A DNA stretch of 64,000 nt from Eledone cirrhosa. Lineage: Eukaryota. Location: contig OZ024747.1 in the NCBI GenBank assembly GCA_964016885.1, forward strand, positions 31,310,001-31,374,000. Direction: 5' to 3'. Numbering within the stretch: the stretch's first letter is position 1; each line of letters opens with the position of its first letter. The translations under genes were made by a program, and so were the position numbers. The notes under the pieces were generated by a model, which was given only the letters and a program-made list of their open reading frames with translations, was not told where the DNA came from and did no database searches. Positions 25,802 to 40,782 of this stretch are shown one piece after another.

Positions 25802-25871
<70 letters not shown>

Positions 25872-25949
25872 CAAAGGAATTGTGGTAAGGAACCAGATGG
25901 ACCATAACGCACCAGAGTACTCAATATTTAGGGTAGTAGAGTGGGAAAT

Positions 25950-26002
<53 letters not shown>

Positions 26003-26112
26003 CATATAAAAGTTTACATATATATATATATATATACATACATACATATACGTGTTTTTGCAATGGGTCACTTTGTGGCTCAATGAAAATTTAATAAATT
26101 AAATAATCAGAG

Positions 26113-26243
26113 CTATATATCATAAAACATGTCTATAGAATCACAAGATAAAATATATACCATTTCCTCTCCCAATTAGCTGGGAGAGGAAATGGTATAT
26201 ATTTTATCTTGTGATTCTATAGACATGTTTTATGATATATATA
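26113..26243. repeat. Snap-back palindrome (~60-bp arms, 6-nt loop) ending in TA
   Basis: catttcctctccca-attagc-tgggagaggaaatg is the centre of a perfect inverted repeat. Confidence 0.8.
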
Positions 26244-26891
26244 TATTTATATATATATATATCCAAAATTAAAATTAAGGGTTGTCATGCCTGAGAGACA
26301 TGCACCATATCCACCGTAGAAGGAGCTCAAAGATTAGATCCGAGCATTACATATCAACTAGAAATAGATTGACATATATATATAAAATAAATACATGAAA
26401 CAATCAGAGGGAATAATTTGTAAAGAATGTAGGCACACAGCTAGGTAGGTAACTAATTAAAGTTTGACTAGAACTTCAAATATAGATACCTTTTAAAATG
26501 ATTAATCTCCTTTGTATATATTTCTTTAAGCAAGAAATAGATTTCACCTATTAATCCGTAAATCACAGCAGTTAAATTCTTGGATGTTCACCAAAGGAGA
26601 AGAAAATAACCATCTGTGTTTACAAAGCAAATACAAATCTGTGAATGATTCGAACCACGTGTTGCATTTTAAAAAAAATACACACATTGACCAACGTCAT
26701 CCCAGTGGCGTGAATAGGACCACCGCCAGCCAGAAATAGCAGCCGAGCCTATTCAACTGAATTAGCTCAACAATCAAGGGGCCGTATATATATAATCATA
26801 TATATACATATATAATCATGCATATAATCATATATATATACATATCCATACATATCTATATCCACACATACACATCTATAGCCCCATATAT

Positions 26892-28257
26892 CATCATCAT
26901 CATCATCATCAACATTTAACGTCCGTGTTCCACGCTTGGATGGGTTTGGACGGGGGTTTTCCCACTTGAGGCAAGAGGGATTGTTTTGCTCGCATAGGAC
27001 TGTCTGGCAGGTTTTCTACAGTTGGATGCCCTTCCTAACACCAACCACATTTACAGTGTGGGTCTGGGAGGTTTTTACCGTGTTGCCTACACGGCCACAT
27101 TACAGCGTGGACTGTGTGTTTTTTTGTCGTGACACCTACACGATCTCATTTGTTTCGGCCTGGATGGTGTGGCACCAACCTAACTTTACATAGAAGGGGG
27201 CGGTGTGGATGGGGTGGGGGGAGGTGGGACGGGGGTGTATTTTGTTAGAGATGCCTACTGACTGTAGTAGGTTTTACTTTGTATTTAGGTAAGGCGGGTC
27301 TTCTCTATTACTGAGTACCGCCAAAGGTCTCGGTCCAGTGACATTGTCTTGGTGAGGTGTAAGTGTGTGAGGTCAGAGTTTATCAGCTCGTCCCAGGTTT
27401 TTCTGGGTCTGCCTACTCCGTGGCTACCGTCTATCTTTATTGCCCTGCACTTTGTTATACAGCCATCGTCCTTCATGCGCATCACGTGACCATACCAACG
27501 TAGCCTTCTCTCTAGTAAACAACATCTGATCCCTCTTATTTCTAATTTTTTCCTTAGTTCGTTTATGCTTTGTCGTTCACGTATATTACTATTACACATC
27601 CAGCGGAGCATGCAAGCTTCGTTTCTCTCTAGTCTGCGTATATCCTCTGCACACAATGCCCAGGTCTCACTGCCATGCAACATTGCTGTTCGTATGCAGG
27701 CATCGTACAGCCTGCCTTTCATTTTTAGGGAGAACCCTTTAGCGGCTAATAGTGGTATAAGCTCTCTGAACTTTTTCCACCCAGTTCTGACTCTAGCTAC
27801 TGTACTTTCAGAGCACTCTCCCCCACTGCTGATTTTGTCACCCAGGTAACGGAAGCTGTCCACTATTTCTATAGAACCCTCTGCGCAATTGAAAGAGCTA
27901 GTATTTAGTGGCCACTTGCTGCTACTTATTGCCCCCCCCCCGAACACCGGCCACATGTAAAATCTATGTTCTTAGTTAGCTTACCTGTGATCCCACTACA
28001 TCTTTTATGCACCCAAACTTTGCATTTGGGACACAAAATGGAATTTCTACCTACGCCTTTCCTACACTCTGCGCATGGCCACTTCCCGGAGGGGACCGCC
28101 GCCTTATTTTCTTTCTTACAAACTAGAACTTTAGTCTTAGCCAGGTTAATTTTAAGGCCTCTTGATTCTAGGCCGTGCTTCCATGTTTGGAATTTCTTCT
28201 CTAGCTCGGCCATTGATTCAGCTATGAGCATTAGATCATCTGCGTATAGGAGTTCCA
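26892..28257 (-). mobile_element. RTE-clade LINE, 5'-truncated
   Basis: ELLYADDL..KINLAKTKVL..PHD-like finger..DSFRYLG..YDACIRTAMLHGSETW..RRLRWYGHVMR..GRPRKTW; ~390-bp 3' UTR; (GAT)n tail. Confidence 0.92.
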
Positions 28258-29042
28258 CATATACATATACACATACATATATATATACACACATATATAT
28301 ATATACACACGCTCATACATACATACACATATACATGTACATACATATACACACATATAGATATGTATGGATATGTATATATATGATTATATGCATGCGT
28401 GTGGATGTGTATTTAGGTTTGCATCTATTTGCACGTATGTATATTTTGGTTAGATATCAATATAATGTACCTCTCTCTATATATAGTGTGGATATATGCA
28501 CTTTGTAGACTATGAAATTTATGTGTTTTAACTATGCCAACATGTACTTATCTGAGTTTGATTGTTTATGGATAAACATACTTAGTAATATTTTAGAGTG
28601 TATAATATGTTATATTATATTGAGTGCAATTTACCACACCGTACTATATTGTGTTGGTTAAGTTGTATATTATCGCATTACTATATCTCATTATCTTCTT
28701 TTAATATACTATCTTTCCTAGCCATAAGATTAATTTATATTCACCTTAAAACTCAATAGAACACTAATCACCATTTATTTTGACATTCCTTTTAAATTCA
28801 CTATACAAGATACACTCAACTATCAGTTTGTCAATCCCCTTCCTTCCTAATAGATTTTTATGCCATTTCTACTAACACCTTTCAACCATTCCTTTCAAAG
28901 GTCATGACCTCAACTAAAGTGTATTACTTTTCATCTTAACACCATATGAAAAAAACAATTTGATTTGTTAGTTCTTCAACTACCTCCAAATATGGACATG
29001 ATACTAATTCTGAGTAAAATTATTATTGAATAAAATTATTAT

Positions 29043-29174
29043 TGCTTTTGAAAACAGCTGGTGATATGCATGTGAGTAAATATTCTCTCTATCTGATAGT
29101 TTGTAAACTTACATAGATCAATAACTGAGTATAGATACAATGTATTATCACCATCTAGAAACGATCGTAAAGCA
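29043..29174 (+). ncRNA. Hammerhead ribozyme variant (U3:A8 core) with a ~100-nt stem II region
   Basis: TGCTT-TTGAAAA-cAGcTGGTGATA...TATCACCAtCTa-GAAA-CGATCG-TA-AAGCA, about 50 nt upstream of a long (TA)n tract. Confidence 0.6.
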
Positions 29175-29222
29175 GTGAAGTATATATCTAATGACTTGAT
29201 TTTTTATTTCATTGTTTTAACT

Positions 29223-29247
29223 TATATATATATATATATATATAATA

Positions 29248-29280
<33 letters not shown>

Positions 29281-29303
29281 TGTATATATATATATATATA
29301 TAT

Positions 29304-29373
<70 letters not shown>

Positions 29374-29527
29374 GTATATATATATATATATATATATATT
29401 GTATATATATAAATATATATATATATACACACATATATATATATATATATACACATATATACATATATATATATACACACATATATATATATATATACAC
29501 ACATATATATTTATATATATATATACA

Positions 29528-29578
<51 letters not shown>

Positions 29579-29597
29579 ATATATATATATATATATA
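29223..29597. repeat. Long compound (TA)n microsatellite
   Basis: Directly visible. Similar tracts lie at 7774-7830, 13982-14165, 25603-26045, 44080-44390, 46365-46460 and 62388-62620. Confidence 0.97.
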
Positions 29598-29760
29598 TTG
29601 TTATACTTTGGGAGGGTCATGTTGCCAATAAGAAACACACGCACCACTGGTGCGTGTGTTTCTTATTGGCAACATGACCCTCCCAAAGTATAACAATATC
29701 GGTTTCAACACATGATTTCAGATAAAGAATCTTGCTAAACAAATTCAGAAACGAAATATA
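29593..29760. mobile_element. Snap-back terminal fragment (arms 29593-29645 / 29648-29699); family also at ~17190-17255, 51745-51830 and 53865-53918
   Basis: gcacca-c-tggtgc apex; shared motif catgaccctcccaaagtat..caatat. Confidence 0.7.
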
Positions 29761-31799
29761 TATATATATATATACTAAAAGATGGAAATATATAATTTTG
29801 GCAGGTGGGGGTTTAGAAAGGCAGTAAAATTAACATGATGGGCTATAGACCACAGAGTCAGAAATTATTTCAAACTTTACGTCAGCCCCTGAACAAGACA
29901 CGTAACTAATTTTATCAAGTTTTTCTGAGAAAGAATAGATTCCATTCCTAGTTTGTGAGTGGTTAACAGGTTCACAGTATGAAATGTATCGAACTGTTGA
30001 AATAACAAATACTTCAACAACAAAAAACAAATCTTATGCAGAAAAAGATGAGTGAAATTAATGATATAAACAGCAAGAAAAATATTTAATAACCTGAGAA
30101 CAATATTTTTTAATATAATATTTTTTTCTATAGAAAATGACAAAATGAATGAATGATGTCATTTTTTTGTTTTAAAGAATACATAAATTCAGTTTTTATC
30201 AGACATGACTCCTTGTTTATATCATTTGCTTTGCAACTTCAGAGTTTTGGGTTTAATCCCACTGTGCTGCACGTTGGGTAAGTGCCATCTACAACAGCTT
30301 TAGGTTTATTAATACCCAGCGAGGTCGAATCCGGTGTGCTGAAACTGGGCATATGTCTGTTAACATGTCTGGAAAGCAACAAAGATCAGACAAAGTTTGA
30401 ATTCCTTTTATTAATATAATCTTCTATACACAATCATACACACCCGTGTATATTTATATATATATTAAAATAACATTTTATAACATTTTAATGAATATTT
30501 GCTCTATGGTTTTATATATTTTTATATATATATTACCCTTATCGAGCCCTCTTTGGATTTTAGTCTTCACATTTATTATTATTACTATATATAAACATAG
30601 TTTAACTTTTGCCAAAATCTCCATTGGGGGAATACATGCTAGACAAACAAATATAAGAAAGTTTCACTCATATCATGTCCCTAACTGCAGTTTCTGGAAT
30701 TAAGAAACAGTACTAATTATCCTAAATGTTTAAATACTTCTGATTTGATGTTTAACTTTTCATTGAGAAGTATGTATACATACACATATATGAAGGGCAT
30801 CATACAGATTCCATCTACCAATTTTGGGGAGATAGACTGAATAATAATTAAATCAAATAAAAGGTTCCCTTCCCAAATGCTTTGCTGCAGTTCAATCTCA
30901 GTGCACAGCACATTGGACATGTGTCTTTTATTGTAACTTTGGGTTGATCAATGTCTTGAGAGTGGCATTTACTAGGAGACATTGTATATATCTGTGAGTG
31001 CATATGTGATTAAAAAAATGATTTACCAATTCCAAAATAGTATGATAAAATTTATTGTTTATATAACTATAAATTGGTTAAATATAGAAAAAGAAAGCAG
31101 CATTAGAAAGGGCCACAAAGAGAGGAAAAGGAGAGAAGAGCAAAGACTACTAGCGAAAGGAAGGGAGAAGGGGAGAGGGTGACAAACTCTACACCAAGGA
31201 CAGAGCTATGTTTTAGCTGTACCCCACAGAAAAAGTGGCAAAGGCACTTCCATGGACAATGGCCAGCGACACCCACTGCAACAACCACCCCATCTCACAG
31301 GGCTCCTTCTTCAGACAGGCTGATAAAATAAATATCAGGCCGAAATAAAGACTAATGAATATGAATGTGACTTACTATCATCTACACCTCAGAAACTGCA
31401 CTGAATTTCAAAATATATAAATTTTAGTTTATACTAAATGTTTCACATATTCAAATCATATTGCACTAATAAATACTCTAGAATCCTTTGATACTCCATC
31501 ATCAAATAAAAATTCAACTGATTTTATTTCCAATAAAAAATCAATAATTTTATATATATGTGTGTGTGACTGTTTCATTTGAATCAAAGAATTTATAATC
31601 ATTTAGAATTATCAATAATAATAATCACTTTTAAAACTTAGGTAATCAGTATACTTGAGACATAAAAAAAAAAATTATTTCATATAGTTATCTGGAGAAC
31701 AAACCTTCTGAAAACAAGATATCTCAGTAAATGTATTTCTAAGGTTTCGAAATAATGTTTGAGGATCAGAGTTTGTATGGGGGATATGCATGTGTGTGC

Positions 31800-33948
31800 A
31801 CAGAAACTTATTGTCGGGGCAGAGCTTCAACCAGACAGAGAGTGACCTGGTCGTGGAATAGCACGGTAGATAGGGCCATTAGAGACAAAAGACTAGCATG
31901 GAAGACTTGGAAAAAGGGTGGGAGTAGAGAAGGATATACAGCCACTAAGAGAGAAGCTAGACGTCAGGCGTACTTAGCACGCAGGGAGGCTGAGAGTAGG
32001 AGGTTTGCCAATGTTCTGCGACGGGAAGATCAGAGACGTGCGGTATTCCGCATTGCAAGGCAGTATGTCAGTGCAAATCAGGATGTTGTTGGAGATAAGT
32101 GTGTCCGGAATGATGCCGGTGTACTTAGTGTCATGAATGATCAAAAAAGGAGGCCTGGAAATGTCGTTATGAGAGACTGATGAATATGGAGAACGAACTG
32201 GAGAGAGAGAAATTACCCCTAGTAGACCCGACAGAGGGACCAGCTATTGAGATTACGAATATAGGGCACAAGAGGCAATTATGGAAATGAAGAATGGTAA
32301 GGCTGCTGGACTGTCGGGGATAGTTGCTGAGATGTTGAAGGCATCAGGAGAAGTAGGCAGTAAACTGGTTGCACGCATCATCAATCAAGCTATATATGGT
32401 GGTGTCATACCCAAAGACTGGTGCAACAGTATCCTCATAAATTGCTATAAAGGTAAAGGGTATGCTCTAGAGAGGAGCAATTATAGGAGCATAAAGCTGG
32501 TGGATCGGGTTATGAATGTGGCAGAGAGAATATTAGCGCAACTGATTAGAGAAAGGGTCAAACTAGATGAGATGCAGTTTGGGTTTGTGGCCCGGAAAAG
32601 TACAACAGATGCCCTCTTCTTAGTGAGGCAACTACAAGAGAAGTTCTTACAGAAGAATAAGCCACTATACTTAGCTTTTGTTGACTGAGAGAAGGCCTTT
32701 GATAGGGTACCCAGATCTGTCATCTGATGGTCCCTAAGGTAACTAGGTGTAGAGGAATGGCCAGTGAGGACAGTGCAAGCTATGTACAGGGGTGCTGTCA
32801 GTAAAGTGAGAGTAGGCATGGAGTTTAGTGAGGAATTCCAGATACAAGTAGGTGTACATCAAGGTTCGGTCCTCATCCTGCTCTTGTTCATTATAGTCCT
32901 CAAAGCCATAACAGAGGAGTTTAAGACTGGATGCCCATGAGAACTTCTCTATGCTGATGATCTGGTTCTAATAGCAGAATCAGTAGAGGAGCTCGAGAAT
33001 AAATTCTGGCTATGGAAACAACAGTTGGAATCAAGAGGTCTGAGAGTGAACATAGCTAAGACAAAAGTGTTCATAAGTAGAAGAGCGGACAAAACTCTGA
33101 TTCCATCAGGGAAATGGCCATTCTCGATATGTAGGAAAGGAACTGGTATAAATTCCATAAAATGTACACAATGCAGATCTTGGGTACACAAGAGATGTAG
33201 TGGGATAGCAGGTAAACTAACAGGTAGGGAAATATATATGCAGTAGATGTACAGGGAAAGTTGGCAGTAGTAATCGATGTGATAGACACATTTTTCCAAT
33301 GCAGGTAGGTTCTATAGAAGTGGTTGATAGCTTCCGGTACCTAGGCAATCAGATTAGCATGGGAGGGAGGTGCTCCAAGGCCATAGTATCTAGAATAAGG
33401 ACGGGTTGGAAGAAGTTTAGGGAGCTGCTTCCTCTGTTGACAAAGAAGGGTTTCTCCCGGTGTACGAAAGAATGGTATTATGATGCCTGTGTGAGATGCG
33501 CAATGCTGCATGATAGTGAGACATGGGCAGCAACTGCAGAGGATATGCTACAGCTGGAGAGAAATGAAGCAAGTATTCTCCGTTGGATGTGCAATGCCAA
33601 TGTGCGTGAACAACCAAGCATAGATGAGTTGAGAAAGAAACTGGGTATAAGAGGGATAAGTTGTGGTGTGCAGGAGAGAAGGCTGGGATGGTATGTACAG
33701 GTGATGCGCATGGAGGATGACCTCTGGGTAAAGAAGTGCCAAGAAATCCCAGTAGAAGGAAGACGCAGTAGAGGAAGACCACGAAAAACATGGGCGGAGG
33801 TGGTGAGAGCAGACCTCAGATCGCTGAAACTCACCGAGGAGATGACGAAGGACCATGACAAGTGGAGAGATGCTGAATAGGACCCATCCAACCCTTACAA
33901 ACAGCAAGAAGTGGACGTAAAATGATGATGATGATGATGATGATGATG
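31800..33948 (+). mobile_element. RTE-clade LINE, longer decayed copy, second subfamily with a short 3' UTR
   Basis: MKNGKAAG..DWCNSIL..YKGKG..NYRSIKL..MQFGF..STTDALF..RQLQEK..LAFVD*EKAFD..GVHQGS..YADDL..RYLG..GRPRKTW; (GAT)n tail; multiple stops. Confidence 0.93.
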
Positions 33949-34881
33949 AAATTGATGATTCACACTGTCACACAGCTCTGGTATGATTATTCACGTGACA
34001 AAACAAAGTCATTTGAATACTCACAGATTGCTAGAAATTCTGAGTAAAATAGAGTAAATCCTCAAATTTAAATGAATTGCACAAATGGATAATTCTAAGC
34101 AAGCAAAATACATGAAGGCATGCTGCCTATTTGGTTATGGTGTAGGACTTATTACAGTAAAGTCATGGGTGATGTGTCCTTCAGCATGGGACTTCATTTT
34201 ATGTTGTTCAACTCAACTGAAAAATGATTACCAGTAGCAAGGGCTGACCTTGTATTGGATTACCCTTTTAACATTTTAAAACTGTATGACACCTCCAGCC
34301 TTTTGAACCTCTTGGCTTGAGAATTACTTTAAAGTAAAATATGGAAATGACTACACAACTACTAACTAAAATCCAGAGTATTTCTAACTTTGAACCATCA
34401 TAATACATGCACATATATATACATAAATTGGAGGATGAACAAGCAAATGAAGGAGCCTCTCCAGTCACTTAGTCTGCTAGAAATAGCAACTGTTCCCCCT
34501 CAAATAATCAAATAAATTTTTTTAAGAAAGATGAAGACACAGTACTGGAATATTTTCATCATAAATATGTTCAATCAGGACTGGATTTACACTGAATAAC
34601 ATGGTGCCACAGCATGGTCACACAGTCCAATTACTAAAGTCAATGAGTATATTTCTCTTAACAATGTGGTTGGCATTTAACACATCTAGAAATTGTAGAT
34701 CTGAATTATCATAAACACCATTGATTTCACATGTTTTTCCATATTCATGTGGGTTTGACGGAATATCATAGTTTATATCTAGGAGGTTGTTGTGCAAACA
34801 AAGCTCAGTCCTGACAAAGTAGATGTATGAACAAAAATATATTCCAACCATGCAACTGATGCATTGCATGTCTCCAATCTA

Positions 34882-35102
34882 ATCCAATCCAGGGCCTTCT
34901 CATTCCTGCTTGAGGAACCCCTCCCAGGTTGACCTCAACCACTTTCTGTTTGGATTAGGTTATGTCAGGGCTGTAACCATACACACATACATATATATCC
35001 AATCCAGAGCCCTCTCATTATTGTTGGAGGAACCCTTCCCTGTTTGACCTCCACCACTCGCTATATTGTTTTGGTCATGTCAGGAGTGTAGCCATACTCA
35101 CC
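34882..35102. repeat. Diverged ~115-bp tandem duplication
   Basis: atccaatccag(g/a)gcc..ctcatt..gaggaacc..tgacctc.accact..atgtcagg..tgta.ccatac occurs twice. Confidence 0.7.
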
Positions 35103-38100
35103 ACGCTTGGCAAATTGCAGTTTGGTGATGCTATTCATACCATAGTTGGGGTGGATGGCCACTGCCCTTTTTTTAATGGCTCTTGTTTTTTATGTGCTAA
35201 TGGGGTTCCACTTACCCTCCTCACTAGATCAAGGTCTAGTGGAGGAGCTGATTTAGTCACTGACCAACTAAACATGAAGCATGTTGTACTAGATTATATG
35301 GGTCAAGTAGCAGGTAGAAGCCTGACCAAATCTGAATCATTGTGTCACTCCATTTTCTAGATGATAGCATTTAATTTGCAGGATAAATGACTTCTATTTC
35401 CATTAGGTTAGATGACCATATAAAGATTCCCTCATTAGCTCCTATTTAAATTGGTATTTAATGTAAGTTAAGCTAGCTGTTGTTAACAGGTGAAATCTAT
35501 GACTAACTTTTGTTTAACAGCCAGTTAACCTTCCTTTTAGTTCATTTAAACTTTGAGTAAGACATAAATGTCACTAAACTTTTATGTCTCTTTCCTATAA
35601 ATCAGAATGTATGTACATGAAACCAATACTTCTCTCTTACTGAGTTCATCAGTAAACTAATAGACATTTTGATAGCACTTAAAAGGGTTACTAAGTAAGT
35701 ATATGGTTCAGAATGCTAGACTCACAGTGTCATTCACTCAAGGAGACTTGATGGTTTCTACACCAATAAGTTTCATGTGAGGGTTCAACATTTTGTTGCA
35801 AAGTGACACTACCAACAAAGTTCTTTGACTTGCCTTATCACCATGTCCTCCTTCCACAAGCAATCCCAAGTAGCTGCTCTCTCCACCCCACCATGCTATC
35901 AAAGGTCACTGCTTCTCCTTTTCCTTCACACATCACCCTGTCAATCACACCACACTTGCCACAACTTCATGCTCATTTCCCTTCTGCTATTGTCTCCACA
36001 CAACTCGCACAGAGAAGAGAGAGCGCTTCCCTTGGAACAAGAACCAACAACTTTCCTAGCATTGGTGCCATGAAAATGCACCCAGTACACCCTGTAATGT
36101 GGTTGGTGACAGGATGGTGTCTCCACTGTAGAAACTAAGCCAGTTGTATCACGGCACAACCACATCTCTAGTGTTGGTGATCTATATGATAAACGCTTCC
36201 AGTACTTGCGGTAAAGTGGATGTGATAGGAAGAGAATCCAACCTGGGAAAACTTGCCAAACATAGGGGTGCAAGAATAGTTCAGTTGTGTCAAGGACATG
36301 ATGGCCTCCATAGTAAAGGTGGTCGACATGATGAATGCATCCAGTACACACAGTAAAATGGATGATAGGAATGGCATCCAGTCATAGAAAGCTTACCAAA
36401 CAAAGAGTTGGGAAATCCCTTCAGATGTGTCAAGGACATGACCTCTCTTGTGGTGGTGCTCTTGTTAGAATGAGGGACCTGTGTGGGAGGTCAGTAGCTC
36501 CACTTCATTACTGACATGGTCTGTGAAGAGTGTAAGTTGCTTGTAGTGTAAGTTGGTGTTAAATAATGATGGTGATAATTTTTAGTTTGACTTTTCCATA
36601 CGGTCATGAGTTGAATGAGACATTTTGTGACATTGTTTATATCCAGAAGCCTATCCTCACACCAACCTATTATGCTGCTTCTTACAACACAGTTTATATA
36701 TATATCTTTTAATAGCAGTTCTAATAAATAAATATGGGGAATTTAAATTCTGTTAGGTTCCAACTGGATTTGGCACCTTGTAATATATTGTTATTGTTGT
36801 AAAAGAATATAATTTGAGGGAATTTGAATTTCTTATATTTACATTCAGGCTGTATCTTGACAAATGTAATCCCTTCAGAATCCCAATTGCATCCAAGTAT
36901 TTTATATACTGTATTTTATTATGTATTCCTTGTTTTAGTCTGCATATTATATTAGGTTATATTACTCTAAAGCTTTCTAGTGGATTTCTGCTTCACAATA
37001 CATTCTTGGTTTATTTTCAGAAATATTTATGTGTAACAAGATATGTATATATTCTCAGAACAATATTTTAAAGAAACCTTTTAAGTTTTTATTGATCAAT
37101 TTTTTAAGTAAAAATATTGAGATTTGCTTAGATTTCATACTCCCCAACACACACTTAAGTATATTCAAAGCTTTTTTTTATTATGCCTAAAAATTATAGT
37201 ATTATAGTAACAAATTTTCTTTTCAAGTACCATTAATTATTCACAAGTAGGTAGCTTTGCTCTCTATAAAATATTAAAGAGCTTTACTAATGTTATTTCT
37301 AAAATGAAGAAAATCTTACCAACTATTTCATAGGAGAAAAAAAGCTAAATTTCTCTTAAATTCTGTTTGCAATGTTGTAGGAAAAATCTTAAGGTGGAGA
37401 GCATTTAAACAAATGTAAAATGCTTTGATAACATGAATTTGTTCATATGAAAAAAAAGCAAGCAAACATGCTTAGAACCACAAACCAAAAAATGAAAACA
37501 CACTTTTAGCTAAAGAACAGCAAACAGACAAGTAATAGAGGGGCAGCTATCATAGGGAAATACAACTCAAATATATACCTCCACTATGAGTATTAGTAGG
37601 AACATTTGCATAATTTTCACTATTTTTTTCTGTCTCATATGGAACAAAACGTTTTTAAAAGATACATTTTTTTTATAAAACAGTTATTTTCTATTAGATT
37701 CACTTCTACCAGAGATATTTACCAAATTCTGGAGAGATCCTGGAAATGAACCGGTTAACTGGATAGAAATCTGGAGAAAAAAATTGAATTGGAAACATTG
37801 ATACTATGTCATAGAATTTGCAAATATATATGGTCATTTTTAAAAGACTGATGCTACTTTTTAACAGAGATGATAATTAGCAATATGATATGAAACCAAG
37901 TGTTTGTGATTAACAGAAGATTATATGAATCATTTATTTCATCTTTACATCTATTTTCATGATATATGGTTGTATGGGTCTAACAATTAAATGGTAAATT
38001 ATTTGGGAAATTCATAATAAATTATATTACATATGTAAATAAGACTGTTATTGCTCCAATCAGTCCACAAACACTTAGCAAACACCCTAAACTGAATGCC

Positions 38101-40264
38101 AACCTGAACTCATGACCCCTGCTAAACCAAACAAAAACTCACCCTCTAAATTCGGCAAACAGAATGCAGACCACCCACCTTCCCAAACTTGGCATACTGA
38201 ATCCAGACAGCAACAACCACCATATAGGGAAGGCAGACATTATCAAGCTGCAGCTATCATATTATGTAGTTGCTATAATATAAAACTATTAAACCTATTA
38301 TATTATTTCTTTCTAAGAATTAACACATCTAGATGGACTGAAGCAGATTCAATTGATGTGCTAACAACTGTAGAGTAAGGGTTGTAAAAGGAATTCATTA
38401 AAAAAAAGAATGGTAAGCAATTGTAATAATTTCTTTTGTAGTTTATATTTTCGATTGATGTTCGAGGACTAGCTGATAAGGTCATAGGATGACTATAAAG
38501 GGGTGATGCTAGAGCTGTGAAATCTTGCATGCATTAATTTCAACTCTTCCTTTTAATAATTGCATTGTTTCTTTCCAGAGACTATGTTGAAAAATAAACC
38601 TTATTTGGTCAGTTCATGAGAGTATCTAGATCAGCCTATGGACTTTTCAACCAATCATCGTATATCAAAGCAACAAATGAATGAATGTTAAACTCAATTT
38701 TTTAAAAGATAAATATGTGTTACTTCTATAAAGAAAGTGTGTAGTAATCAATATTACTTGTAAATATTGATTTTAATTCTTGCATGTTTTTGATATGGCT
38801 ATAGGTATGGGTGAGTGATGACAAAGGAGGAAATGATGATGAAGGGGATGAGAACGACGTAGAAGATAATGTGTGTGTGTGTGTGGTGTATTCTACCTGC
38901 TGAAGTTACATGGATCATTCTATCGACATGCATCATGTACAACACAATAACTTATGAGAAACAATATTCTCAGGCTTCAGCCAGCTGCTTCTTGCTAAAT
39001 ATTTTCTATCTAGTTACCTCTATCTGAAATTATTTTCAATCATTAACTTTATGGCAATTTTCCTCCCTTTTCCTAGCATATCTGTTCCTATATAATAGCA
39101 CAGCCAATTCTCCAATGTACATTGGACATTACACTTTTTAGTAAATTAACATCACATATCTAACAGATCATATTGAAATCATTCCTCTCTAATCTTTGTA
39201 TTTACCTTTTTTTAACAGTTACACCATTTCTTAACAGATAACTCATATAATAATCTACATTTCTAAATGGTAGCATCAAAGAAAATTTGATTTCAGGCAA
39301 CATTTTGATTTCTACAGTAATTCAGTTTTTCTCATATAATACTACTACTGCTGCTGCTACTGAAGAGGAATAAGTAAAGAAAATTATCCTAACCTGTAGA
39401 TCAATAAATGAAACATTTGATTTCTTGCCAGTGACTGGCTGGTATGAAAATGAAATGATCTTGTTCGTCTCAAACTCAAGACTTTGTAACAAAATCTACA
39501 TCATTATTATTTAACTTTGCCTTTCATCCGTATGGGGTCGATAAAATAAAGTACCAGTAATGTACTGGGTAATTGCTGGCCTTGTGCCAAAAGTAGAAAC
39601 AATTATTATTATTATTATTATAAAGATGAGAAACCTAAACTGAATATACTTATAGCATATATATGTGTGTGTGTATTGAACAATGAAAATAAAACAAAAG
39701 TTTATTAGAAATTATAAGCTTTCACCGTATTTTAGACTAAAGAAATTTCTAGCCTGATAGTGGTGTTTTATAACCCTCGGAGAAATGGAAAAAGATGAGT
39801 GTTGCCGTACAAAAGTTTATTGTTTTACGATCGTTTCAAAGGGTTGATTGATCGTGGTAGATCGATATATTGACTCACAGCTAGTGGTTATGTCAATACC
39901 TGTTTCTAGTTTTGAAATCCCTGATCAATCCCACCGCAAATGAGATACCACCACATTCAAAGAAGGCAGACTGGGCCAACAACAGGTAAACGGTAAAGAT
40001 GAGATACGAAATCACCATCTGAAGGAAAACAACCAAGCAGAAAGGAACTAGTGGACAATTGTCCAAAGGTAGAGCAGAAGGCGTCAAGTCACTGGGAGAA
40101 AGAAAACAAAGATAACATGCAAGTTTTTCTGGAACGGGACCTGCTGGCATGGGGAAACAGGGACATGCTGTAGGTTCGCTCACTCCAGGCACAAAGTGAG
40201 CTACGCCCTACCTACTCGAAATAATTATATTACATATATATATATATATATATGTATATGTATA

Positions 40265-40782
40265 TATATAAACGGAAAAATGAAACAAAATTTCATTTCC
40301 CCCTCTTAGTACGGCTGTTACTTAAATATAAGTATGTACACGTACATACATATATGTATACAGACGTACAGTAGTATGTATATATATATATACATACATG
40401 CACACATATATATATGTACGTATGGATTCACCAAACATTTATTATAATGCTCGGTGTGTTTGTAAACAAACATCTCGTATTAAGTCTAGTAACCATCGTT
40501 GTTCATTTGTTCAACACTGACAAAGGAACGCTGTACTAGTTTCAAGCTTATTAGCTATCGTCAGCAACGTACACCTTCCTACCAGATTGTTGAACGTATA
40601 TACTTAGCTTATGCACATTAACGGCTGAGTAGCCCAATTTGCATATCGAGTGGGTTAATCGGCCGGGTGCACCGAAAACGATAAACGGAAAAAATGAAAC
40701 GAAATTTCATTTCCCAGTCTTAGTACGGCTGTTACTTAAATATAAGTATGTACACATATATGTATACAGACGTACAGTAGTA
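40265..40782 (-). mobile_element. Non-coding HHR-bearing element with terminal direct repeats (40268-40377 / 40681-40782); inverted copy at ~42268-42625
   Basis: Partial-tandem pseudo-LTR-like structure, HHR at 40528-40570, (TA)n flank. Confidence 0.75.

Noticed and set aside
29175-29693. Many [12 protein letters not shown] ORFs here and at 44004-44442, 62414-62812 and elsewhere
   Set aside because: They are translations of (TA)n/(CA)n microsatellites.
37698-37801. Short plus-strand frame SLLPEIFTKFWRDPG.. after an AG
   Set aside because: Only ~34 codons with no support; it looks more like a decayed small repeat.
39715-39930. HHR 3' halves on the minus strand (GAAACGATCGTA, GAAAGCTTA)
   Set aside because: No convincing CUGANGA-type core with a matching stem I; probably decayed PLE ends.
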